From positions 171,554,001 to 171,618,000 of the forward strand of contig CM126202.1 in assembly GCA_052327205.1 (NCBI GenBank): a stretch of 64,000 nucleotides of DNA. The letters are read 5' to 3'. This document shows positions 24,509-37,147 of this stretch, in pieces. The notes below the pieces were generated by a model. The model did no database searches. It was not told the DNA's origin and was given only the letters and a program-made list of their open reading frames with translations. The translations under genes were made by a program, and so were the position numbers. How positions within the stretch are numbered: position 1 is the first letter of the stretch; every line of letters begins with the position of its first letter. This stretch comes from Somniosus microcephalus. Its lineage: Eukaryota.

Positions 24509-26002
24509 ACCTCCTTTTCATCTCCAAAGTCCTTGAACGTATTGTCGCCTCCCAAATGCCCATCTTGCCCGCAACTCCATGTTTGAACCTTTCCAATCAG
24601 GTTTCAGCCCCTACCATAGCACAGAAATGGTCCTAATCAAAGTCACAAAAGACATCCTCCGTGACTGTCACTGTGTTGCACTATCCCTCCTCATCCTTCT
24701 GGACTTCCCTGCAGCCTTTGACATGGTTGACCACACTATCCTCCTTGAACCCCTGCTGAGTGGGACGACCCTCGCCTGGTCCACTCTTACCTATCTAGTA
24801 GCCAGAGAATCTCCTGCAATGGCTTCTCTTACCACTCCCACCCTGTTACCTCTTGACTCTCTCAAGGATCTATCCTTGGCCCCCTTTTATTTCATAAAAA
24901 CATGCTGCCGCTAGGCAACATCATCCAAAGACATGACGTCAGGTTCCACATGTACAGTGACGAGACCCAGCTCTACCTCACCACCATCTCTCATGAGCTC
25001 GCCACCGCTTCTGATTTGCAGGCTGCTTGTCCAAACATCCAGTCCTGTATATGCTGCAATTTCCTCCAATTAAAAACATTGGGAACACTGAAGTCATTTT
25101 CTTCAGCCTCCGCTATAAACCCCGTTCTCTCGTCACCAATTCCATCCCCCTCTTGGCTAATGTGTCAGGCTGAACCAGACAGTTTGAACCTAGGCATTCT
25201 ATTTGACCCTGAGGTGTGCTTCCGACCCCATGTCCTCTCCAGCACAAAGTCCACTGACTTCCACCCCCGTAACAACACTGGTCTCTGTGCCTGCCTCTGT
25301 CTATCTGCTGCTGAAACACTCATCCATACTTTTGTTACCTCCAGACTTGATTGTAGCAATGCTCTCCTGGCCAACCTCCCATCTTCCACCCTTCATAAAC
25401 ATGAGTTCATCCAAAACTCTGCTGCCTGTATCCTAACCCACACCAAACTCCACTGACCAATCACCACTGTGCTCACTGACCTACATTGGCTCCTGGTAAC
25501 ACCTCAATTTCAAAATTTCCATCCTCGAGTTCAAATCCCTCCCTTCAAGCCCCTCCCTTTTCTGTAACCTCTTCCAGTCCTCCAACCTCAAGAACTCGGC
25601 GTTCCTCAAATTCTGACCTCTTGTGTTTCCCCCACTCCCTTCACCCCACTATTGTCATCCATGCCTTCAGCTGTCTAGGCCCTAAGCTCTGGAATTTCCT
25701 CCCTAAAACTTTCTGCATCTCCACCTCTCTCTCCTCCTTTAAGACCCTCCTTAAAAGCTACTTTTGATCACCCATTCTAATATCCCCTTCTTTGGCTCAC
25801 TTTCATTTTTTACACTCCTGTGAAGCACCTTGGGATGCTATCCTATGTTACAGGCGCTATATAAATGCAAGTTGTTGTTGTTGCAGGTACTTATAAATTA
25901 GTTCTCTGTGAAATGCACCCCATGTACCAAATTTAACATATAATAGATTTATCACTCAAAACTTATCAATGCTTAGAATTACACCAAAAATATTGGCCTT
26001 AC

Positions 26003-26200
26003 CTTTCCTTCTATTGTTCTCAGGTTAAGTATGTGCATATCACATGGCATGGATGAAGCGAGAGGACTGAATAAGCTTAATAGTGGAGGAATTCCATCAA
26101 CATTTAGGTTCACAGCCATTGGAATGACTGGGTGATTCAGGTAGGAACATGTTTTGTGGCTCAACAAAGAGGGATAACTCATTGCCTTATTACCTTCATC
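26003..26200 (-). CDS. MAN2A1: Golgi alpha-mannosidase II exon (about exon 20)
   Basis: ttagcag|DEGNKAMSYPSLLSHKTCSYLNHPVIPMA...FSPLASSMPCDMHILNLRTIEGK|gtaag; 198 nt, phase 0-0; overlaps ORF 25979..26182. Confidence 0.95.
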
Positions 26201-26296
26201 CTGCTAAGAAAAGAGATGAGAAAACAAGGTATAACTCTCAATCTCAACAAGCAGAAAGAGAAAAATCAAAGCATTTACAAACATGCAAAGACCATT

Positions 26297-26461
26297 TGCC
26301 TGGAATTTTAAGGGGGTTTCTCTGGTGGGAGATCAGCAGAATACCCAGAGAAATGGTGCAAACTTCTAAAAAGCTGTTTATACCATTTTTCCAAGGGTTC
26401 CACTAATCTGCTGCCAAAGTTACCTCAGGGAATCAGGAGAACTCCACAGAAATTCAAGTAG
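26297..26461. mobile_element. Possible old short Harbinger-like MITE
   Basis: Imperfect ends tgcctggaattt / aaattcaagtag; weak similarity to 53866-53960. Confidence 0.3.
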
Positions 26462-27209
26462 AAATAAGTTACGATTACTATCAAAAGGATAGCTACACCA
26501 TTACTTAAAAGCAGTATATAGCAGAAACCACTAATATTATATAGTATTAAGACATATTCAGTTAAATTAGGCTTCTTAAGCTGTTTTGCTATTTATTTCA
26601 GTTGGGTTACATACTTTTATTCACTGCACTATTATTTTGTGAGGCATTTAAAGAAGATTCAAGTGTGTTAATTGCAAATTAGATACCTGAATTAAAAACT
26701 GAGATAAAAAGAAAAAAAGCAATTGCTGAAAATTTTAAATTAAATCATAAAATACTGGAAATACACAGGTCAGTCAGCGTCTTAAATAGAAATATAGGAT
26801 TTTTTTTAGAAGGAACCTTTCTCTTTCAAATTTTGAGAGGAAATTGGGATTGGTGGAATTGATTTGACCTTTTCTCACTTTATACTTTGTGTTCATATAA
26901 ACTTAGCACCACACTGGACACAAGACTTTAACTGTATGCATAGATAGCTCCAACAGATTTAATTATATATGAAGATTTAAAAAAATTAAAAGGTACACCT
27001 TTCACACTGGGTGATTAGGGAAAACATGGAACTTATTATTTGGCTGTTTTCATGTCAGCCATTATTGATGCAAAACAATAAAACCACATTTATGTTTGAC
27101 ATTACACAAAGATGTCATTCATATACAAATTCCTGATACTGAAATGAATGACAGATACCAACATACAAAGTATCATCCCTTTTTGAAACCCCCCCATATC
27201 ACTGAAATA

Positions 27210-28945
27210 ACCCTAAATAAAGTCAAGAACAACATTCTCTGACTGTAACCCTGGTGTATTATCCCTCTTCGACCTCTCTGCAGCCTTCAACACAATTGAC
27301 TACACCATTCTCCTCCAGCGCCTCTCCTCGGTCAACCTGCTCTCTCTTGGTCTCACTCTTATTTATCTAATCATAATCATCTAGCATTGGCTTCTCTTCC
27401 GCTCCTACACCATGACCCTGGTATCTACCTTGGCTCCTTCTCCGCTTCCTCTTCATCTACGTGTTGTCCTTTGGTGACACCATCTGCAGACCAGGGGTCA
27501 GCTTATATATGTACACCGATGATACCCATAATTCCCCTTGATTCCTCCACTGCTGTCAGGCTGCTTGTCCAATTTTAAGCCCGAGATGAATCTTAACTTC
27601 CTCCAGTTAAACATTGGGAAAATCAAAGCCGTTGGAGCCAATTTTGTCCTCGTTTTTGGCAGGAACAGGGTTGTTTTCAGGAAAAATGGCAGTGTACTAC
27701 TTACTGTCCCATTCCCACTATCGATCTACCTCTCGCCATTTGTCTGGTCCTGGAAATAGTCGGCCTGTTTCAGAAGGGCACCTCAATGTATGCAAATGGA
27801 GCTTCCATGACATACATAGAACCTCAAGGCAATTTCCAGATACCAATGAGAGGAGCATGCACCATGTTCGCTCCACTAATGGTACTTGGCGTAGAGCAGC
27901 CTAACCAGCAGTTCTTAAAGGGACTTCTGCAGGCTGCTCAAAACTCTGCTGCGCATATCCTATTCTTCACCAATTATGCTCATTCATCAACTCTGTCTTT
28001 GCAGACCAGCATTGGCTCATGGTACTGCAATGCCTAAATTTAAAACTCTTCTCACTGTGTTTAAATTCCTTAATGACCTTGCACCTCCCTATCTCTGTAA
28101 CTCCTCCAGCCCTACAATCTTCCTCCCCAAACTCTCTAGGTGCAATTGTCAAGTAGTGTCCAAAACAGATACAAAGTCGATGGAGCAGTCGCTCTGCCCA
28201 CCTGTTCAAGCCGATGTGAAGCCCGAGCCATTTTGAGGCATGGGCCTCATTAGCATGCCACTAGTGAGCTGCTGCAGCTTGCCAGTTCTGGGAGGGCGGG
28301 AAATTGGCTAGCTCTTATGCTGAGCTGGCCACCAGGTTGGTCCAGGGGAAGAAAAGTCATGTGGGGGGGGGGGGGGCGGTGTGGTGGAGGAATGCTGGTC
28401 CTTGTGGGACAAGCAAAAAAAAATGGAAAGTTTCCTGGGCTGTTTTTAAGGAGCCTCCAGCAGGCCCTGCTCAATGCTTAGTACAACTGGTGGAGCATGC
28501 ACGCTGTGCATTGTGCCCATTTGTACCTGAAAATTGCAATTGGAGTCCTACAACTCTATAGGAACCCTGATTTGCATACAAACAGCCTCCCACCTGTTTC
28601 ATTTTTTATCAGCCGGGGCTTGGGTGTCAATGGGGTGGCCAAGGTACCTTTCCCTCCCCAGATTTTCAATTGCTGGACGCAAGCTTTTCAGGTGAGAAAA
28701 GGGAGACTGGCCCACTCCATCCTCTGCTTCTGGCTTGTGCTTCCTCCCTCTCTTTGCCCCACCATTGGAGGCTATGCCTTGAGCTGCCTAAACTCTGCTC
28801 CTCCATCTTTCTATCCTCCTTTAAAACTCCTCTTTGAACAAGCTTTTGACCACCATTCCTCATGTTCCATTTTACTTACACCTCTGAAGTGCCTTGAGAT
28901 GTTTTTCTATGTTAATGGTGCTGTATAAATGTTACTGTTGTTGCT
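27210..28945 (+). mobile_element. Degraded L2 fragments interrupted by DNA-element remnants (about 27634-27925 and 28135-28665)
   Basis: L2 RT remnants (gacctctctgcagccttcaacacaattgac), L2 3' tail near 28900-28945. Confidence 0.55.
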
Positions 28946-29873
28946 ATTCTTGCCATCAGTCCTGAACTTTAAATAATTTATTCTTGGGACATGGATGGTG
29001 CTGGCAAAGCCGCATTTCTTGTCCACCGTTAGCTGTCCTGAGAAGCTGATAGTGGGCCTTCTCCTTGAACCAATGCAGTTCTTTTACTAGTTTATATCTA
29101 TGGTCGCTTATTCTACAGTCATAGTTTAATGTGAAATAGTGTTCTGAATTAACCATTTGTATTCTAGTTAGTATTAAATATACTTAATAAAGTCCTCTTT
29201 CGTCTTCTTTCAAGGCTTAAACGTCTTAAGTTTTTCTAATCTTTTCTGACAACCCAGTCTTCTGAGAATAGGAATGAGTCTTATTGCTCTTCTAGAATCA
29301 TAGAATTTTACAGCACAGAAGGAGACCCTTCCTCAGCAAAAGAGAAGACGACTACAAAATGTTTCTTCCGATCCGAAGGGCGTCTAAGATGTCAAAATGA
29401 ATGAAATTTTTCCCCTCCAGGATTGATTATCTTTTCACTGCAAAAGTGTTGGGGCCAAAAGGTACTCATACCAGCTCTTAGGTGGCGAACATTCCCCTAA
29501 GGCCTACTGTTTTGCTCAACCAACTGTCTCCCATCCTTGCTGTTGTCCCCCAACATTTCTCCCTCACGTCCAAGGGGCAAAAATTTGAATGTGCACGGCA
29601 CACAACGGGTTTAGTCATGCTTTGGCAGATTTAGCTTCACCATATCAAGCTCTATCAGGCATCGCTCCCCTTTGCCAATGCTGCTCACTCTCCTTGGATA
29701 ATCCTGGAGGGTAATGATAACTCCAAGCTCCTTTTTCTATGCTCATGGACTTTGTCACCAAGATAGAGACCATTTAGCTGCCTCTGCTGCTTTCCTTGCC
29801 CATTCAGCTAAAACTTCTCCTAGCCGCCCAGCAACTCTAACCCTGAAATCCCAGCTTAATGGTGAAAGACTAG

Positions 29874-30042
29874 GGCCTAGAAATTCGTCTCGGGCGGTGG
29901 CGCAAAACAGGCGGTATCGGATCGGCTGCCCATTATCCGCAGCACCTGACTGCAAATAACTGAATATTAGGCACTGCGTATAACAGACTGACGATCCAAT
30001 ACTGCCTGTTTTGCGTCACCGCCCAAGATGAATTTCTAGCCC
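29874..30042. mobile_element. 169-bp fold-back Harbinger-type MITE
   Basis: About 50-bp TIRs GGCCTAGAAATTCGTCTCGGGCGGTGGCGCAAAACAGGC... / ...GCCTGTTTTGCGTCACCGCCCAAGATGAATTTCTAGCCC; flanks TAG/GAG; inserted in a CR1 remnant. Confidence 0.8.
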
Positions 30043-31330
30043 GAGGAGTTGTGGGGGAGTAAAGCGATTTAGGTATCCATGTACACAAATACTAAAACCT
30101 AGTGCACAGGTACAAAAAGTAATAATACACTAATGTCAGCCTTTATCCCAAAGGCTTGGAATTAAAAAGTATGTTGTACAGAGTTTTGGTTAGACCCCAT
30201 CTGGAGTACTGCCTTCAGATTCAATAGAAATATACCAGGGCTTAAAAGGTTAAATTATGAGTTCAGGTTGCATACATTTGGCTTGTATTCCCTTGACTTT
30301 AGAAAGTTGAGGGGTGTTCTGAACAAGGTATTTAAAATGATTAAAGGATTTGATAGGGTAGATAGAGAAACTATTTCCTCTGGTGGGGAATTCAGAACAA
30401 GAGGGCGTAATCTTAAAATTAGAGCTAGGCCATTTAGGAATGAAATCAAGAAGCACTTTGTCACATAAAGGCTGGTGGAAATCTGAAACTCGCTTCCCTA
30501 AAAGGCTGTGGATGCTGGATCAATTTATATTTTCAAGACTGAGCTCACTAAGATTTTTGTTAGGTAAGGATCAAGAGTGGGTAAATGGAGTTGAAGTACA
30601 GATCAGCTTTGACCTAATTGAATGGTGGAACAAACTTGAGGGGCTGAATGGCCTACTCCCATTCCTATGTTCCTAGTTTCAGCCCCGTCCTCCTCCTGAC
30701 CTTCTCCAAGCTCAACTTGTCCATGAGACATGCCTCCTGCTCCCTCAACCCTATTCCTACTAAACTTCTGTCCGCTCAAATTCCCTTCCTGGCTCCCATG
30801 CTAGCTGATATCGTAAACTGTATCCTTATGGCAGCGCCTGTCCTCTCCCCTTAAAAGCCATCGGCACTACTTCTCCTCTGAAAAAACACACCCTCTGCCC
30901 CTGCCAACTACTAACCCAATTCCAACTTGCTTTTCCTCTCCAACCTCCATGAACAGAATGTTACCTTCCAGATTTGTGCCCATCTTTCTTGCAGCCCTCT
31001 GTCTGAATCCTTTCAATCAGGCTTCTGAGTCCCCCACAGTATCAAAATGGCACTAATCAAGATCACGAATGACATTCAATGCGAGGTGAAAAAGGTGCAT
31101 TACCCCTCCTTCTCTTCCTGCCTTCAACATGAGCTCCCACATCATCCACCTCCAACTCCTTTTCTGTGTTGGCCAACTCTGTGGGATTGCCCTTACTTGG
31201 TTCCATTCTTGCCTATTCTGAATAAAATCAAAGCATTTCTAGAAATGGTTTCTCCTTCCATCTCTGCACTAACCCATCCCTGGAGTCACCTAATAACCCA
31301 TCCTGGGCCCCTACCTCTTACCCTTCTTAG
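30043..31330 (+). mobile_element. Degraded CR1 3' end (30043-30672) followed by an L2 fragment (30676-31330)
   Basis: ORF 30268..30468 resembles the CR1 C-terminus; the L2 piece matches 20020-20220 and 24510-24900. Confidence 0.7.
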
Positions 31331-31331
31331 T

Positions 31332-33246
31332 TAAAGCACATGGGATTGGGGGTAAGGTACTGACTTGGATAGCGAACTGGTTGGCAGACAGGAAGCAAAG
31401 AGTTGGAATGAATGGGTCTTTTTCCAAGTGGCAGGCGGTGACTAGTGGGGTACCGCAGGGATCGGTGCTATGACCCCAGCCAATCACAATATATATATTA
31501 ATGATCTAGACGAGGGAAGTAGATGTAATGGCCCAGAAATTCGGGTCCCAACGCGTGAGTACGGACGGAGTACTCACGCGTGGACCCGATGGAAGTGCCA
31601 GTTTCTTGCATGCACTACGCATGCGCGGGAAACCGGCATTTCCGATCTTCTGAACCAAGGGGTTCAGAGGTTGAACGCGTGCGCGCAGGAGTCTGCGCGT
31701 GCGCGTTGAACTTCCTTTTTTAAAAATTTTTATACAGGTTTGCCCGTGCATGAAGGCCTCTACTTTTAGCAGATTTAAAAACCAGGCGTATGGACTTCAT
31801 TTTAAAAGGTAAGTGGTCAATTAATTAAAATTAGAACATTTTTTCCACAGGTTTATTATTTTTAAATACTTTACAGTAAGGTAAGTGTATTTATAGCCCC
31901 GATTTTTTATAAAATTATTTTTTTCAAAAATTTAAATTATTGTTAAAAATAGTTATTTAATGTTATTTATAGTTGATTTAAATCGTGTGATTTTTTTTCA
32001 AATTTATTTTAAGGTTAAATACTGTTTTGGGCGCCCGGAGTTTTCATGAGTTTGACAGTTCTTTGTCAAACTCATGAATGGACTTTTCCCTCCTCCAATT
32101 GGTTGCCCAGTGCTCACGTGATCCCAGCCGACGCATCGCACTAAGTACGCCGCTGGATCACGCAAGCACAGCGCGCCAGAAGCTGGACCGGGCCACAGAC
32201 AGGAAATCCACGCAGGCCCAGGCCTCAACTGCCGGCGCGCAATGTAAGTGTAGGTCGGGGGCTTGCACCCGCGGGAAGCCCCCGACACGAATTTCTGGGC
32301 CAATATCTCCAAGTTTGCAGACGACACAAAGCTGGGTGGGCGTGTGTGCTGTGAGGAGGATGCTGAGAAACTCCAGTATGATTTGGACAGGTTGGGTGAT
32401 TGGGCAGATGCATGGCAGATGCAGTATAATGTGGATAAATGCGAGGTTATCCACTTTGGTGGCAAAAACAAGAAGGCAGAATATTATCTGAACAGCAATA
32501 GATTGGGAAAAGGGGAAGTGCAACAAGACCTGGGTGTCCTTGTGCACCAGTCGCTGAAGGTAAGCATACAGGTGCAGCAGGCGGTTAAGAAGGCAAATGG
32601 TATGTTGGCCTTCATAGCGAGAGGATTCGAGTACAGGAGCAAGGATGTCTTGCTGCAGTTGTACAGGGCCTTGGTGAGACCACACCTTGAATATTGTGTG
32701 CAGTTTTGGTCGCCTTATCTGAGGAAGGATGTTCTTGCCATGGAGGGAGTGCAGCGAAGATTCACCAGACTAATACCTGGGATGGCAGGAATGACGTATG
32801 AGGAGAGATTGGGTCGATTGGGCTTGTACTCGCTGGAGTTTAGAAGAACGAGAGGGAATCTCATTGAAACTTATAAAATTCTAACAGGACTAGACAGACT
32901 AGATGCAGGAAAGATGTTCCCTATGGCAGGGGAGTCCAGAACCAGGGGTTACAGTCTAAGGATAAGGGGTAAGCCAGTTAGGACAGAGATGAGGAGGAAT
33001 TTCTTCACCCAGAGAGTGGTGAACCTGTGGAATTCTCTACCACAGATGGCAGTTGAGGCCAATTCATTAAATATATTTAAGAAGGAGTTAGATATATTTC
33101 TTAAGGCTAAAGGGATCAAGGGATATGGGGAGAAAGCAGGGACAGGGTACTGAATTTGGATGATCAGCCATGATCTCATGAAATGGCAGAGCAGGCTAGA
33201 GGGGCCAAAAGGCCTACTCCTGCTCCTATCTTCTATGTTTTTCTAC
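31332..33246 (+). mobile_element. CR1 LINE, 5'-truncated, same subfamily as 20221-24431, split by a MITE
   Basis: ORF 32263..33153 is nearly identical to the C-terminal half of 20305..22044. Confidence 0.93.
31530..32301. mobile_element. 772-bp Harbinger-type MITE with multiple internal hairpins
   Basis: Perfect 14-bp TIR GGCCCAGAAATTCG / CGAATTTCTGGGCC, TSD AAT; removing it restores the CR1 sequence agatgtaatatctcc. Confidence 0.9.
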
Positions 33247-33279
33247 GTCCAATTCTGGGCACCATCATCCGTAGAGATG

Positions 33280-34085
33280 GGGGTCGATTTTCATTGACCC
33301 GTGGAGTCGGGATTGGAGGCGTGCGGGGGGTTAAAGTCCCGAATTCAGGGGTCCCGACACCATCCCGTCCCCAACCCGCCTCCATGTAAATTTCAAAGGA
33401 GGCGGGTACCCGCCCCGCACTGGGACCCGCCTACCCGAGGCGGGAAGGGATTAGTGCCAATTAACTGCCTGTTAACAGGTAGTTAACAGGCAGTTTTTAG
33501 CCTAATCCCTATTTTAAAGCTTGAAGTGTGGGATTCCCGATGGCTCCAAACCACGCCAAGTTAGAGGAGTCGGGCCGTCGGGTTGAAGGACTTGGAGGGG
33601 TCGAGATGTCAGTGTTCAGGTGAGTGATGGGTGCATGAGTGCAAAGGTAAGTGTGTTTGGTGTGTCTAAAGTGTGTAAAGAAGTTTAAATTACCTGTACT
33701 TACCTTTTAAACCTTCCTTCCTCTAGGTTTCGGGAGTCTATTATCTAACCGGCACAGAAAGCAGAATGGCTGCGATCTGTCAAAAGTGACAGCCTGCAGC
33801 TTTCTGTGCCGGTGAGGTTTCTAACTGAGTCTGTGTAGAAAGACTCAGGTTAGAAGCAAGACTGTCAGTGTTTGACAGCTGCAAACAGCTGTGAAACACT
33901 GATATTTCATCTGTCAAAACGTCTTGACAGATGAAATTTCAGTCTGTGACATCACCTGTTGCCGGGTGGCCCTTAATTGGCCTGTTGAGCCCGCTGGGGC
34001 AATCAAGTTAAAATCGCGTGGATTGGCCGCACCCCGAAAGTTGTAGTCCCACCTCCTTCCTGGCTTCTGAATGAAAATCACCCCC
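33280..34085 (-). mobile_element. Hairpin-array Harbinger-ended element, copy B (inverted)
   Basis: TIRs GGGGTCGATTTT / AAAATCACCCCC, TSD ATG; very similar to copy A but lacks about 23 bp of the right arm of hairpin 1. Confidence 0.88.
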
Positions 34086-34117
34086 ATGGAGTCAGTTTAC
34101 ACATGTGCACAGAAATA

Positions 34118-34545
34118 GTAAGAAGAATGAATTTGTATTTATATAGCATCTTTCATGACCCCAGCACGTACCAAAGAACTTCACAGTTAATGAACTGCTT
34201 TTGCAGTTGAGTAACTGTTGTAATGTAGGGAAACAGCAGCCAATTTATACACAGCAAGGTCCCACAAAGAGCAATGAGATAGATAATCTGTTTTGGTGGT
34301 GTTGCTTGAGGGAAAGTACACTAGAAGAACTCCCCTGCTCTTCTTCAAATAGTGTCATGGGTTCTTTTACAGCCACCTGAGAGGGCAGATGGGGTCTCAT
34401 CCGAAAGACAACACCTCCGACAGTGCAGCACTCCCGCAGTACTTCACTCAAATAGCCTAGATTAGTTGCTCACGTCTCTGGAGTGGGGCTTGGATCCATG
34501 ACCTTCCGACAAGTGGCAAGAGTGCTACTACTGAGCTAAGGTTGA
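34118..34545 (-). mobile_element. Full Deu-domain tRNA-derived SINE (SacSINE1-like)
   Basis: Minus-strand head TAGCTCAGTAG (A box) and GGATCCAAGCC (B-box like), Deu core tccgaaagacaacacctccgacagtgcagcactccc, L2-type tail. Confidence 0.8.
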
Positions 34546-35098
34546 CCAATAGAATATTATTGCCTAAAATTCCTACTGTGACCTTGTAGATTTGGAGTGG
34601 AACAGAACTTCCACTTCCCCACAGTTGATGTCCCTGACCCTGTCAGGCTATTTTAGGCAGGAGCCCAAGCCCGAGCCCTTCCTGGCACCTCGAAGAATCT
34701 CCTGACTATAATTCTGCAGTGGGTTCGCAGTATCACAGAACTGGCATAACAATTCTTTCAAAGTCTGACTTTCTTCTTCTGCTCATTTAAACAATCCAAA
34801 CATCCCCCCTCTCCCATGGCCCTAGCAATACTGGAAAGTGACTCACAGCCATCGCTGGCATCCAACGTTGATAAGGACGCAAATAAGAAAAATATATCCT
34901 ATGACGTATTTTCCTGATTCACTCGTCATTGTAATATGCATACCCATAAGCATTCTTAAGAAAATTTAATGATTTAAATGTTACTTGCTGTATTCGATTC
35001 TCTGATCACCACTGAGTTTTTAAAAAAAATTTCCAGTAACATACACTTCTTAGTCATACTTCAGAAAATTGATAGTGGCTTTGCATAATTCATCTTAC

Positions 35099-35232
35099 CA
35101 TATCTACTCCGATTCTTTTCTCCAACAAAACTCTGAATAAACTGGCTGTAACTTTGTTGTCCTTGACACCTTGGCCTAGGCCACGGTTGTCATCCTGCAT
35201 AAGTCTGCGATCCATTATGACTTCCAGCTGAC
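35099..35232 (-). CDS. MAN2A1: Golgi alpha-mannosidase II exon (about exon 19)
   Basis: aacag|(G)[44 protein letters not shown]|gtaag; GH38 signature [12 protein letters not shown]; 134 nt, phase 1-0. Confidence 0.97.
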
Positions 35233-35410
35233 CTGTTAAAGTAAATTATATGTTTTAACTTACTGCTAATTGCAGTTACATCATGGATGCTAATAAAACT
35301 ATTTTAACAACCATAGTACATCAATAGGCCACAACATGCTAATTATTTTGCCAGGATCATCTTAAATGAAACTCAAAAATAGGCATAAAAGATGGATTTT
35401 AATAGATGAA

Positions 35411-36999
35411 GGGGGAGAAATTCGGTTGTTAGCGCCACCGATTAACGCCTAAAGAGGCCGAGAAGTGGGGCGCTAGCCAATTTCCAGGTGGGCGCAGGGC
35501 GCCTAGCGCCTCGCCCCATATTGAGCATGCATTTAGCGCCAGCGCTAAATCTTAGCGCCCGCTCATGGGCGCAGGCTGATTATGACGTCATTTGAGTGTG
35601 CAATGCCTTTTGGGCGCCCCAGACCAGAAATTCAGTGGCGCCCCCCTCCGTAGCGCCTGGCGCTAATAGTGACAGCTTACCTGGAACCTTACCAAGTCGC
35701 TCTCGGGCTGGAGGAGCATTATTTAAAGGGGACTGGTGTGGTTTAAAAGCGGCAGCCATTTTTGGATCACAACTTCCTCGAGAGCTACAAAGAGTTGCTG
35801 AGCTGCAAACTGAGAGCCATTTGACCACTGAGCCAGCGCAGGCAGATGATCTTCAGCCTTCTGACCATCACCTTGCTGTTGGTGAGCCTTGACAACGGGG
35901 AACCTTCCTGTGGGCACTTATTATGGGGGCTGCATTGGAGGGGAACGTCCTGCTGCTGAATCATCTGGAAAGGGCACTGAGACGCTGGGAGAGGGGGGCG
36001 GGCATGGCCAGACGGAGGAGGGCCAACAGACATCACCACAGCAGTCCTTACGCTGGCAGGGTTTTCCGACAGCAGTTTTCCTACATGAACATGCCGGAGG
36101 AGCAGTGTGTCAGAAGGCTGCGATTTAGAAAGGAGGTGGTGACTGAGCTGTGCCAGCTGCTTCAGCCAGATCTGCAGCCTCAGATAAGGTGCAGGACATC
36201 TCTGTCGGTGGCTGAGAAGATGCCTGCTGGCCTGAACTTCTACGCGAGCGGCTCTTCTCAGGCTGCGTGTCAGAGGCTGATCAGAAGTAGCTTCTAGGCC
36301 CCTCTCACGGAATGCTTGCTGCCATTCCAAGAACAGGAATGGAACCGGTCTGATACCCCCAAGCCTGTCAAGGGCAAGATGCATGTAAATAGCAGGCATG
36401 GCCATTGTAAATGAAGAAAGTGCTTCATTACACAAAATGTGGTTCCTTCAAACATGAGAAAGCTATGGCAACAGAAAGCAAAACTAATACACTGACACAT
36501 AACTGCCTCTCACACCCGGGAGACTGTCCAAAACATAAATCACATTCCGACCATCTTCCTTGGCCTTGATTCCACTGCGCCAACCAAAGCATCCAATGCC
36601 CCATCAGTGAGGCCTTCCGTCCTCTGCCTCACCCTTTCCATGTCTTGCTAGGCTGGTGCGCCACAGGTAGGCTCCCACCGCTTTGTAGGCCTACAAGGCA
36701 GTGAGTGTGTCTGGTGATGCCAATTGATCTGCCCCTTTAAGAGCTGGCCGGCGCCAGTGTCTCTTAGGGATAGTGACTATTGACAGCACCTTCGCTGCGC
36801 CCCGCTGCCGCGAAATTGGGTTGCGCCGCCGGGTTAGCACCTTAAGAGTAGCGTTCAGCGCCTGATTTAGCGTCGCAATCACCTTTAGGGGCGATGCAAC
36901 TCAATATCACGCTAGGTGGTGCTAAATTGCGCCCGGCGCTAAACTTTGCGCATCGCCAGGACTAGCGCCCCAAACGCGGCTATACCGAATTTCTAGGCC
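35411..36999. mobile_element. Internally deleted PIF/Harbinger transposon
   Basis: TIRs GGGGGAGAAATTCGG / CCGAATTTCTAGGCC; transposase N-terminus on + (RVFRQQFSYMNMPEEQCVRRLRF); start of the Myb/SANT gene on - near 36640; TSD not recognisable. Confidence 0.8.
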
Positions 37000-37147
37000 T
37001 TCGGATAGGATTCCTGTACAAAACTTTAATAATTAAGCCCACATACTTATTTATACAGCAGTTACAGCAGAAGTAGCAATTTATATTTACAACATTTTCA
37101 CCAGTCTGTTGGATCACCTATACAAATTGAGAGATTGAGGAGACCTG

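Larger units (their letters stand above)
19618..25882 (+). mobile_element. L2 LINE with an inverted 5' segment (about 19618-19845), split by CR1 at 20221-24431
   Basis: FEPFQSGF..HSTE, FHMYSDETQLY, FVTSRLDCSNALL; tail ggcgctatataaatgcaagttgttgttgttg. Confidence 0.8.
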
